The notes under the pieces were generated by a model. That model saw only the letters and a program-made list of their open reading frames with translations, searched no databases and had not been told where the DNA came from. A stretch of DNA of 64,000 nucleotides, taken from positions 61,497 to 125,496 of the forward strand of contig DATDAS010000047.1 of the NCBI GenBank assembly GCA_036525315.1. Direction: 5' to 3'. This stretch comes from Allosphingosinicella sp. (GTDB lineage: Bacteria > Pseudomonadota > Alphaproteobacteria > Sphingomonadales > Sphingomonadaceae). Both the position numbers and the translations under genes were made by a program. How positions within the stretch are numbered: position 1 is the first letter of the stretch; each line of letters opens with the position of its first letter. Shown piece by piece: positions 47,565 to 55,969 of this stretch.

Positions 47565-48524
47565 ATGCTAGCGACCCAGCCACTCCTGTCCGTGATCGTG
47601 CCCGTCAAGGACGAGGAGGAAGCAATCGCGCCCTTCGTCGAACGGGTCGGAGCGGTGCTCGACGGCCTTGCCGACGCGGAGGCGAGGGACGGCTGGGAGA
47701 TACTTTTCATCGACGACGGCAGCGAGGACATGACCATGGCGGCGATCCGCGCCGCCCATGGCCGCGACAAACGGGTCCGGGCCATCTCGCTGTCGCGCAA
47801 TTTCGGCAAGGAGGCCGCGCTTTCGGCGGGCCTCGATCATGCCGCCGGCCGGGTGGTCGTCCCAATCGACGTCGATCTCCAGGATCCGCCCGAGGTAATC
47901 GGAGCGATGATCGCCAAGTGGCGCGAAGGCAATGAGGTGGTCTACGGAGTCCGCCGCAACCGGGCGACCGACAGCCTTCCCAAGAGGCTTACCGCAGACC
48001 TCTATTACCGGGCCCACAATTATCTCTCGTCGGACAAGATACCCGAGCATGCCGGCGATTTCCGGCTGCTCGACCGGTCGGTGGTCGACGTCATTAGATC
48101 GATGCCCGAGCGCAACCGGTTCATGAAGGGCCTGTTCGCCTGGGGCGGATTCCGCCAGGCCGCGGTCGAATATGACCGCGTCCCGCGCCAGGTCGGCAAG
48201 ACCAAGTTCCGATACTGGAAATTGTGGACGCTCGCGCTCGACGGGATCACCTCGGCCTCGACCATGCCTTTGCGAATCTGGTCCTATGTCGGCCTGGTCA
48301 TCGCCTTCCTGGCTCTCGTCTACGCGGTGCTGGTGATCGTCCGGACCACATTGTTCGGGATCGACGTGCCCGGCTATCCGAGCCTGATGGTCGCGGTGCT
48401 CTTCTTCGGCGGGCTCCAGCTCATCTCGCTCGGCGTTCTCGGCGAATATGTCGGACGGATCCTGGTCGAGGCCAAGCAGAGGCCGATCTACGTGGTTCGC
48501 GACAAGATAGGGTTGGACGGCTGA
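47565..48524 (+). CDS. Family 2 glycosyltransferase, GtrB/ArnC-like polyprenyl-phosphate sugar synthase type
   Basis: LSVIVPVKDEEEAI, ILFIDDGSEDMT, VVPIDVDLQDPPE (DxD) and two C-terminal TM helices. ATG 47565 was chosen inside ORF 47523-48524. Confidence 0.9.
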   Translation: MLATQPLLSVIVPVKDEEEAIAPFVERVGAVLDGLADAEARDGWEILFIDDGSEDMTMAAIRAAHGRDKRVRAISLSRNFGKEAALSAGLDHAAGRVVVPIDVDLQDPPEVIGAMIAKWREGNEVVYGVRRNRATDSLPKRLTADLYYRAHNYLSSDKIPEHAGDFRLLDRSVVDVIRSMPERNRFMKGLFAWGGFRQAAVEYDRVPRQVGKTKFRYWKLWTLALDGITSASTMPLRIWSYVGLVIAFLALVYAVLVIVRTTLFGIDVPGYPSLMVAVLFFGGLQLISLGVLGEYVGRILVEAKQRPIYVVRDKIGLDG

Positions 48525-49282
48525 TGGACCGGCACGTTTATGACAATATGGCGAAGGTCGATTCCGACCATTGGTGGTTCGTCGCCCGCCGCCGCATCAT
48601 CCGCGACCTCATAGAGAAAGTGGTCAAGCCCAAGCCCGGCGCCCAGATTCTCGAGGTCGGCTGCGGCACCGGATCGAACATCGAGCTGCTTCGCGGCTTC
48701 GGAACCGTCGACGCGGTCGAGCCCGACGATCCGGCGCGCAAGCTCGCCTCCGAGCGGAGCGGGATCGCGGTCAAGGGCGGGCTTCTCCCCGGCGGAGTGC
48801 CGCTCGAGGACGACCGCTACGATTTGATCGCCCTGTTCGACGTGCTCGAGCACATTCCCGACGATGAAGGCGCGCTTGCGGAGCTGGCGCGCAAGCTGGC
48901 GCCGGGCGGCAAGCTGCTTCTCACCGTGCCGGCGATGCCCTGGCTGTGGAGCGCCCACGACGTCGCTCACCATCATCAGCGCCGCTACACGCGCTCGGGG
49001 CTCGAGAAGGTGCTGAAGGATTCGGGCTTCCGCCCACTCCATGTCAGCCATTTCAACACCCTGCTCTTCCCGCTGATCGTCGCCGCGCGCGCGGTCGGAA
49101 AGCTGACCGGGCGCGAGGGCGGCGACGACGCTCTTCCGCCCGCGCCGGTCAACGCGCTGCTGCGCGGAGTCTTCGCCGCGGAGCGATACGCCGTCCCCCA
49201 TCTCTCAATCCCGTTCGGCGTATCGCTCGCGGTGATCGCCGAGCGCGCGGCGGAAGCGGAGAGCTTGCGGGCGGCTGCGTGA
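48524..49282 (+). CDS. Class I SAM-dependent methyltransferase
   Basis: ILEVGCGTGSNIELL (motif I), DLIALFDVLEHIPDD and GGKLLLTVPA. The start overlaps the upstream stop (TGATG). Confidence 0.87.
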   Translation: MDRHVYDNMAKVDSDHWWFVARRRIIRDLIEKVVKPKPGAQILEVGCGTGSNIELLRGFGTVDAVEPDDPARKLASERSGIAVKGGLLPGGVPLEDDRYDLIALFDVLEHIPDDEGALAELARKLAPGGKLLLTVPAMPWLWSAHDVAHHHQRRYTRSGLEKVLKDSGFRPLHVSHFNTLLFPLIVAARAVGKLTGREGGDDALPPAPVNALLRGVFAAERYAVPHLSIPFGVSLAVIAERAAEAESLRAAA

Positions 49283-50478
49283 CGGCCCTCCCGGCGGCGG
49301 GGGCGCGCCGAAGCATCTGGCTGTGGGCGGCCGCATGGTTCGCCGCGGCCTGCATCGCGATCCTGATCTTCTGGCTCGACCTGGAGAGGACCGACTGGGC
49401 CGGCGACCTTTCCATCGCGCACCAGGCCTTGTGGGGCCGGGATTTCGTCAACGTCTACACGTCGGGATCGCTCGTCCTCAACGACCGGCTCGACATCCTC
49501 TACGACATAGAGGCCTATCGGGCCTACCAGCTCGAACTGTTCGACCAGGGCCTCAAGCATCACAATTATTCCTACCCGCCGGTCACCCTGCTCTATACCT
49601 GGCTTCTCGCTCTGCCGCCTTATCCGGCAGCGCTGGCGCTGTGGCTGGGCGGCACCGGCGCCTTCTTCGTCTGGGCGGCCCGGCCCTACCTTCGCGGCGC
49701 CGGCCTTCCCGCCTGGGTGGCGATCCTGGCGCCGGCCTCGATCGTCAATGCGTGGGCCGGCCATTACGGCTTCCTGATCGGCGGCCTGTGGCTCGCCGCC
49801 TTCCATTTCCTGCCGCGCCGGCCGGTGCTCGCCGGAATCCTGATCGGCTGCATGATCGTGAAGCCGCATCTCGCAATCCTCGCCCCGATCGTCCTTCTCT
49901 ACCGGCGCGAATGGCGCGCTTTCGCGGCGGCGGCCTGCACCGTCATCCTCCTGAGCGGGCTTTCCATCCTCTTTTTCGGGCCGGATCTCTGGACGATCTA
50001 TCTGACCGAGACGGCGATGGTTCAGGCGGCCATGGTCGACGACGTCCGAACCTTCTTCATCCGGATGATGCCGACGATCATGCCGTCGCTTGCCCTGGCC
50101 GGAGCCGGCGCGGCTGTCTCCGCAGCCGTCCAGGTCGTCGTTGCGCTCTCAGCGATCGGGCTTCTGCTCTGGCGAATGCCGAAGGACAGCGAGGAAGCGG
50201 GACTGGCGACCGCGACCGCGACCTTCCTGGTCCTTCCCTACGCCTTCAATTACGACATGACGGTCGCGGGACTGGCCGGGTTGCTCGTCCTTCAGAGGAG
50301 TAGGAGCGGCGGCTCGATCGCCTTCACGCTCGCCGCCGCCTTCGCCTTCCTGGTGCCGATGAGCGTCATGTATTTCGGCCTGGTCGACATTCCGGTCGGA
50401 CCGCCCGCCCTCATCTTCCAGCTGCTCGCCTTGCTCGGCCTGATCGCCCCTCCGGCAGCGGCGCCGGCGCGAAAATGA
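49279..50478 (+). CDS. Multi-pass membrane glycosyltransferase-like protein (DUF2029 / GT87-like)
   Basis: GTGA overlap with the methyltransferase stop. About 10 TM segments, and a first loop with RDFVNVYTSGSL ... NYSYPPVTLL resembling polyprenyl-phosphate-mannose-dependent GT-C enzymes. The family name is from memory. Confidence 0.72.
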   Translation: MTALPAAGARRSIWLWAAAWFAAACIAILIFWLDLERTDWAGDLSIAHQALWGRDFVNVYTSGSLVLNDRLDILYDIEAYRAYQLELFDQGLKHHNYSYPPVTLLYTWLLALPPYPAALALWLGGTGAFFVWAARPYLRGAGLPAWVAILAPASIVNAWAGHYGFLIGGLWLAAFHFLPRRPVLAGILIGCMIVKPHLAILAPIVLLYRREWRAFAAAACTVILLSGLSILFFGPDLWTIYLTETAMVQAAMVDDVRTFFIRMMPTIMPSLALAGAGAAVSAAVQVVVALSAIGLLLWRMPKDSEEAGLATATATFLVLPYAFNYDMTVAGLAGLLVLQRSRSGGSIAFTLAAAFAFLVPMSVMYFGLVDIPVGPPALIFQLLALLGLIAPPAAAPARK

Positions 50479-51965
50479 GCCGCGTCTTCCCGGCCGGCGC
50501 CGCGCTGCTGATCCTCGCGGCCGCACTGGCTCTGCGCTGCTGGCATATCGCGAACTGGCCGCTCTGGCTCGACGAGAGCTGGAGCCGCTGGATGACCGAG
50601 CAGAGCTGGTCCGGCCTCTGGCACGCCGCCTCCGGCTACGACACCCATCCGCCTTTCTATTATTCGCTGCTCAAGGCCTGGACCGGAATCGCGCCCTCGA
50701 CGCCTTTCTGGCTCCGCTTCCCTTCCCTGATCGCCTCGCTGCTGATGCTCCCGCTCGCCTGGGCTTGCGCGGGCCAGATCGGCGCCCTCCGCCGGGCTCC
50801 TGGCGCGCGAATCATCGCGGTCATGCTCATTGCGGTCTCCCCGCCCCTGATCGTCGCCGCCGGCCAGGCCCGCCCTTACGCCCTGCTTGCACTCGCCTTC
50901 GGCATCGCCTTGTGGGCAGGGATACGGCTGCTCAGAACGCCGACGCCGACTCCGACATGGCGGATCTGGCTTGTCTATCTCCTCGGAATCGAAGCGACGC
51001 TCTGGCTGCACAGCCTCGCCGCCCTGTTCGTGGTCGCGCTCGGGGTCGGCCTGTTGCTCGCCATGGCCAATGCCGCGACGTTGCGCGCGCACTGGATGAA
51101 GTGGATCGGCGTTCATGCCCTGGCCGGCCTGCTCTGGCTGCCCGGCTTCCTCGTCCTGCTCGAGCAGCGCCGCAATTGGGGCGCGAGCAGCTGGCTCACT
51201 TTCTCTTTCGGCGATGTCGCGCCGGGGCTGGCCGTCGGCCTGGCCGGCGGCGGCCTCGCTTTCCTCCTCGTCGTCTTCGTCTGGCTCGGCGCGCGCAACC
51301 TGCTTCGAGACGGCGAGGACAGGCCGGCCGCGATCCTTCTCCTCTGCGCCGCCTTCCTGCCGGTCGCGCTGACGATCCTGGTCTCGGCCCTCTTCTCGCC
51401 GATCTTCCTGCCTCGCACGCTCGTGCCGTCGGTCCTCCCGGTCCTTCTTCTCGCCGCCTCCGCCTTCACCGCCATGGACCGAAGGCGAATTCCCGCATTC
51501 GCGACACTCGCCGCGCTCGCCACGATCCTGCTTCTGATTCCCGCCCTCGACCACGCCCGCTCCGATCCCGAGGAGAAATGGCCCGCCTTGGGCGCATGGC
51601 TCGCGCCGCGGGTGGGCCCGAGCGAGGAATTATGGCTGCTGCCCAACGAGATCGCTTTGCCGTTCCGCTACGGCGCCGGCCCCACCCGCTACGCGTTCCG
51701 CGGAATTCCCGCCGATTTCCCCGCGCCTGATCATCCGGGACCTCGCCCGTCCGGCTCCAGGGCGGTGGTCGCCATGACCTCCGCCGATGCCCGGCGGCTC
51801 GTCACCGACGCCCGCCGGCGCGGGCTGACCGGAATATGGATCGTGACTCGCTTCCCGCGCCTGTTCGATCCCGGGCGAACGATCCAGGCCGCGTTCGCCG
51901 AGGAGAGCCGCGACGTTCGCGACCTCCGCTTCGCGCCACTGATCGTCGATCATTACCGTCTCTGA
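50475..51965 (+). CDS. GT-C glycosyltransferase, ArnT/PMT (family 39/83)-like
   Basis: ATGA overlap with the upstream gene. PLWLDESWS and THPPFYYSLLKAW lie in the first loop region, followed by many TM segments and a soluble C-terminal domain. Confidence 0.83.
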   Translation: MSRVFPAGAALLILAAALALRCWHIANWPLWLDESWSRWMTEQSWSGLWHAASGYDTHPPFYYSLLKAWTGIAPSTPFWLRFPSLIASLLMLPLAWACAGQIGALRRAPGARIIAVMLIAVSPPLIVAAGQARPYALLALAFGIALWAGIRLLRTPTPTPTWRIWLVYLLGIEATLWLHSLAALFVVALGVGLLLAMANAATLRAHWMKWIGVHALAGLLWLPGFLVLLEQRRNWGASSWLTFSFGDVAPGLAVGLAGGGLAFLLVVFVWLGARNLLRDGEDRPAAILLLCAAFLPVALTILVSALFSPIFLPRTLVPSVLPVLLLAASAFTAMDRRRIPAFATLAALATILLLIPALDHARSDPEEKWPALGAWLAPRVGPSEELWLLPNEIALPFRYGAGPTRYAFRGIPADFPAPDHPGPRPSGSRAVVAMTSADARRLVTDARRRGLTGIWIVTRFPRLFDPGRTIQAAFAEESRDVRDLRFAPLIVDHYRL

Positions 51966-52054
51966 ACGCGAGGCTCGGCGGGCGTTCAACCTTCATAAAG
52001 GCGGCCTCCGGCACATGCGGGTCATCCAGACCTGATGACTGCATTGGAGCTGAC

Positions 52055-52717
52055 ATGAAGAAGTTCGTATTTGCCGGCGCGGCCCTGGCCGCGATCGCCG
52101 CCATCCCGGCCACCGCCCAGCCCGGCCCGGACGGGCCCGCCCGCCATGACGGGCCGCTGACCCGGGCCTCGGTCCAGACCATGGTCCAGGCCCGTTTCGC
52201 CAAGGTCGATACCAACAAGGACGGTTTCGTCACCCGCGCCGAGGCCGATGCCCGGATGGCCGAGGCGCGCGAGAAACGGGAGGCGCGAATGGAGCAGCGC
52301 CGCGAACGCCGGGCCGAGAATCGCGCCGGCCTGTTCGACCGGATCGACACGGACAAGAACGGCTCGATCAGCCGCACCGAGTTCGACGCCCATTCCGCGG
52401 CCCGCGCCGAGCGCCGGGCGGAACGCCGCGGCCCCGACGGGGCAAAAGGCGGACGCGGCATGCGGCATGGCGGAATGATGCGCCATCGCGGCGCCGGCGC
52501 CATGGCCGGCGGCCATTTCGGCGGAAGGATGTTCGAGCGCATGGATTCCGACCGTGACGGCAAGGTCTCGATCGCCGAGGCCTCGTCCCGCGCGCTCGAG
52601 ATGTTCGACCGCGCCGACTCCAACCGCGACGGCACGGTGACCGTCGAGGAGCGCCGGGCCGCCAGGGAGCGCTTCCGCGAGGATCGCCGGGGCGGCGACG
52701 CCCCCCGCGGCGGCTGA
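52055..52717 (+). CDS. Secreted EF-hand calcium-binding protein (four EF-hand loops)
   Basis: Signal peptide MKKFVFAGAALAAIAAIPATAQ. Loops are DTNKDGFVTRAE, DTDKNGSISRTE, DSDRDGKVSIAE and DSNRDGTVTVEE. ATG 52055 was chosen inside ORF 51836-52717. Confidence 0.88.
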   Translation: MKKFVFAGAALAAIAAIPATAQPGPDGPARHDGPLTRASVQTMVQARFAKVDTNKDGFVTRAEADARMAEAREKREARMEQRRERRAENRAGLFDRIDTDKNGSISRTEFDAHSAARAERRAERRGPDGAKGGRGMRHGGMMRHRGAGAMAGGHFGGRMFERMDSDRDGKVSIAEASSRALEMFDRADSNRDGTVTVEERRAARERFREDRRGGDAPRGG

Positions 52718-52738
52718 GCGCGGGCTCGCCAAGGATGA

Positions 52739-52768
52739 AGGGCCGGGGAGCGATTCCCCGGCCCTTTT
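52739..52768 (+). terminator. Rho-independent terminator after the EF-hand gene
   Basis: AGGGCCGGGGA-GCGAT-TCCCCGGCCCT is a perfect 11-bp stem followed by TTTT. Confidence 0.75.
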
Positions 52769-54304
52769 CTATTGGGCAGTCTCGCGCCGCACCCTGAACA
52801 GCCTGCTCGTCCCGTCCGCCCAGACCGGCTCGAGGCCGCCCACCAGCGCCGGATCGTAAGGGGGCGGATCGATCAGCCAGACATAATCGAAGGCCGGCCG
52901 GGGCAGGCGCTTCAGCGCCTCGCTCACCGGGAAGAGATCGTAATTGCGGCAGCCGTCGGGCATGACGACATGGGTGGGGTCGCTCGCGAAATCGCCGGCC
53001 TCCCGATAATGGACGCTCAGCAATTGCGCGCCGGCGAGGCGGAACTGATCGTTGGCGAAACCCGCTCCGCGCGCCAGGGCGAGCCCAGGCAGATGCTCGA
53101 GCCTCGAGCGCTTCCACCCCTCGTCGCAGGGCCGCCCCGTCAGGGCCGCGATCCGCGCCCCGCGCGGGACATGGTCGAGCGCGGCCAGCTCCCTGTCCCA
53201 TTCGCGGTCGTAGAGCCCGAAGCTGATCGTGTTGCCGGCGATCCTGAGCCCGGCGAACAGCAGGCCGGCCAAAGCGAGAGCCCGGACGAACCGCATGTCG
53301 CTCCAGTCGCGCGGCCGGGCCGCGAGCAGGGCGGCCGCGAACAAATAGGGCGCCAGGCGCATATCGGCCAATGCCGATCCGAACAGGTTCCTCGGAAGCA
53401 GCAGGAAGATCGAGGCCAGCACGATCGCTCCAGCGGCCAGCCCACGCGAAAAGGCGATCCGGGGGCTTCGCGCGCAGACGAAGATGAGCATCACGACGAC
53501 CGCGACGGCGAGGGCGTCCCACCACAGCCAGCGGTCGCGAAGCACGATGAACAGGGAATCGAGCTTGGCCTGGACGTTGAACCAGTCGCCGGTCGTTCCG
53601 CCGACCTCGCCGGAGCGCCACAGAAGCATCGGGATGAGCGGCGGCGCCAGCGCGAGGCAGTGCATGGCCGCCTTCGCGAGAGCCGCGGGCGGCGTTCGGC
53701 CGCCCTCCCGCTGCCGCACCGTCTCGGCGGTGAAGGCGAGCAGGCCCAGAACGCCCCAGCCGAACGCATGCGTGACCCAGACCAGGGAGGATATGACCGG
53801 GAACAGGGCCGCGCGCAGCCGCAAATGCCCGAGCCGTGCGAGCCTCAGCCACAAGGCGAAGGCGAGAAAGGCGAAAGCCATCGACAGCGCGAAGTTCGCG
53901 AATCCGAAGATGAAGGGATAGGCATAAGCGAAAGGCGCGGCGAAGAAGGCGATCGGGCTGACCCGGCCATGGACCTCGCGCGCGACCCAGAGGAAGCCGG
54001 CGACCGTCAATGGCGGGATTGCGAGCACGATCAGCTTCACCGCGAGCTCGAGCCCGAAGACTTTCGAGAGCGGAACGACCAGAAGGTCGATGCCCAGATT
54101 GCCGATCAGCGACCATTGGAAGCTGAAATAGCGGGCAAGCTCCGGGTCCGAGCCGATATCCATCTGGACCCGGTAGCGCCCGATATGTCCCGGGAGATCG
54201 ACCAGAGGCGGAACGTCGGGCCAGAGCAAAGGCAAGGCCGAAGCCAGGACGAACAGGATCAGGAAGCTTCGACTCTCCCAGAAGCCGCGCCCGGCCGCGC
54301 TCAA
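52769..54304 (-). CDS. Multi-pass membrane protein, tandem paralog 1 (uncharacterised family; possible GT-C-like enzyme)
   Basis: 511 aa. The N-terminal approximately 380 aa are hydrophobic, and the first loop is WPDVPPLVDLPGHIGRY. Highly similar to the adjacent gene. The TTG start overlaps the upstream stop (TTGA). Confidence 0.78.
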   Translation of the reverse strand: MSAAGRGFWESRSFLILFVLASALPLLWPDVPPLVDLPGHIGRYRVQMDIGSDPELARYFSFQWSLIGNLGIDLLVVPLSKVFGLELAVKLIVLAIPPLTVAGFLWVAREVHGRVSPIAFFAAPFAYAYPFIFGFANFALSMAFAFLAFALWLRLARLGHLRLRAALFPVISSLVWVTHAFGWGVLGLLAFTAETVRQREGGRTPPAALAKAAMHCLALAPPLIPMLLWRSGEVGGTTGDWFNVQAKLDSLFIVLRDRWLWWDALAVAVVVMLIFVCARSPRIAFSRGLAAGAIVLASIFLLLPRNLFGSALADMRLAPYLFAAALLAARPRDWSDMRFVRALALAGLLFAGLRIAGNTISFGLYDREWDRELAALDHVPRGARIAALTGRPCDEGWKRSRLEHLPGLALARGAGFANDQFRLAGAQLLSVHYREAGDFASDPTHVVMPDGCRNYDLFPVSEALKRLPRPAFDYVWLIDPPPYDPALVGGLEPVWADGTSRLFRVRRETAQ

Positions 54305-55881
54305 GCGGCGGGTTCCGGTGCGATCTCGGCCTGGCGCACGACCCTGAACAGTCGGCTGCGCCCCTTCGACCAGACCAGCTCCAGCCCGTCGGTGAGATGG
54401 GGATCGTAGGGCGGCGGCTCGATCAGCCAGACGTAGTCGAAGGCATAGCGCGGCATGCGCTGGAGCGCGTCGGCGACCCGGAGCAAATCATGGTCGATGC
54501 AGAGCGCCGGGATAACGACGTGCGAGGGATCGGTGACGAACGCGCCGGCCTCGGGATAGCGCACGGTCATCAATTGCGCCCCGGCCATGCTGAACTGCGA
54601 GTTGGCGAAACTGGCGCCGCGCACCAGAGCGAGGCTTCCGAGATGCTCGATGCGCGGAGTCATCCAATTCTCGCCGCAGGACCGTCCGGTCAGGACGAGG
54701 ATTCGCGAGCGCGGCGGCACATGGTCGAGCGCCGCGAGTTCGCGGTCCCATTCTTTGTCGTAGAGCCAGAAGCTGATCGTCGTCCCGGCCGTGCGAAGCG
54801 CGATGAAGGCGATTCCGACCAAAGCGATCGTTCGAACGAAGCGCAGGTCCGACCAGTCGCGCGGGCTGGCCGCGAGCAATGCGACCGCGAATATGTAGGG
54901 CGCCAGCCGCATGTCGGCATAGGCCGATCCGAACACGACCCTCGGCAGGAGAACGAACACCAGAGCAAGAAAGAGTGCCGAGGCGGTGAGGTTGCGCGAC
55001 CAGGCGATCCGCTTGCTTCGGATCGACTGGACGATGAGGAGAAGCACGGCGGTCAGGCAGAAGGCGTCCCAATAGAGCCAGCGGTCGCGAAGAACGACGA
55101 CCAGGGCGAAGATCTTGGCGGGGATGTTGAACCAGTCCTCGGTGAGGCCCCCGACATGGCCGGTGCGCCACAGAAGCATCGGAACGACGGGAAGCGCCAT
55201 CGGAAGGCAGTGGACGGCGGAGCGAATTGCCGAAGCGATGACGCCGTGGCCCTTGTCGTGCTGCCGGACCGCTTCGGCCGAGAAGGCCATCAGCCCGAGC
55301 GTGCCCCAGCCGAACGTGTGGGTGACCCAGATCAGGCACGAGATCGGCACGAACAAGGCGGCGCGGAGCCTGAACCTGCCGAGCCGCCCGAGCCTGAGCC
55401 ACAGGCCGAAGGCGAGGAAGGCGAAGGCCATCGACAAAGCGAAGTTCGCGAAGCCGAACATGAAGGGGTAGGAATAAGCGAAGGGGGCGGCGAAGAAGGC
55501 GATCGGGCTGACCCGGCCGTGGACCTCGCGCGCCACCCAGAGGAATCCGGCGACGGTCATCGGCGGGATCGAAAGCACGATCAGCTTCACCGCGAGCTCG
55601 AGCCCGAAGACCTTGGAGAGCGGGACGATCAGAAGGTCGATACCCAGATTGCCGATCAGCGACCATTGGAAGCTGAAATAGCGGGCGAGATCGGGCCTCG
55701 ACCCGATATCGAGCTGGATCCGGTAGCGGCCCATATGGCCGGGCAGGTCGATCAGAGGCGGCACGTTCGGCCACAGCAAAGGCACGGCCGCGAGCAGGAT
55801 GAAGGCGATCAGGAAGGGGCGCGTTTCCCAGAAGCCGCGCTCGCCGGGCGCCGGGGCGGGTTGCCAGGTCGGTCCGCTCAT
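54301..55881 (-). CDS. Multi-pass membrane protein, tandem paralog 2
   Basis: ATG 55881 was chosen inside ORF 54301-56100, where the alignment with paralog 1 begins (GERGFWETRPFLIAF versus GRGFWESRSFLILF). Confidence 0.78.
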   Translation of the reverse strand: MSGPTWQPAPAPGERGFWETRPFLIAFILLAAVPLLWPNVPPLIDLPGHMGRYRIQLDIGSRPDLARYFSFQWSLIGNLGIDLLIVPLSKVFGLELAVKLIVLSIPPMTVAGFLWVAREVHGRVSPIAFFAAPFAYSYPFMFGFANFALSMAFAFLAFGLWLRLGRLGRFRLRAALFVPISCLIWVTHTFGWGTLGLMAFSAEAVRQHDKGHGVIASAIRSAVHCLPMALPVVPMLLWRTGHVGGLTEDWFNIPAKIFALVVVLRDRWLYWDAFCLTAVLLLIVQSIRSKRIAWSRNLTASALFLALVFVLLPRVVFGSAYADMRLAPYIFAVALLAASPRDWSDLRFVRTIALVGIAFIALRTAGTTISFWLYDKEWDRELAALDHVPPRSRILVLTGRSCGENWMTPRIEHLGSLALVRGASFANSQFSMAGAQLMTVRYPEAGAFVTDPSHVVIPALCIDHDLLRVADALQRMPRYAFDYVWLIEPPPYDPHLTDGLELVWSKGRSRLFRVVRQAEIAPEPAA

Positions 55882-55969
55882 TCGGGAAGGTCTGCTGGGC
55901 AAGGCATAAGCCGCACTGTGGTTCGGCGAAATTAAGGAAATATCAACCAAGAAATCCGACCAATGGCGG

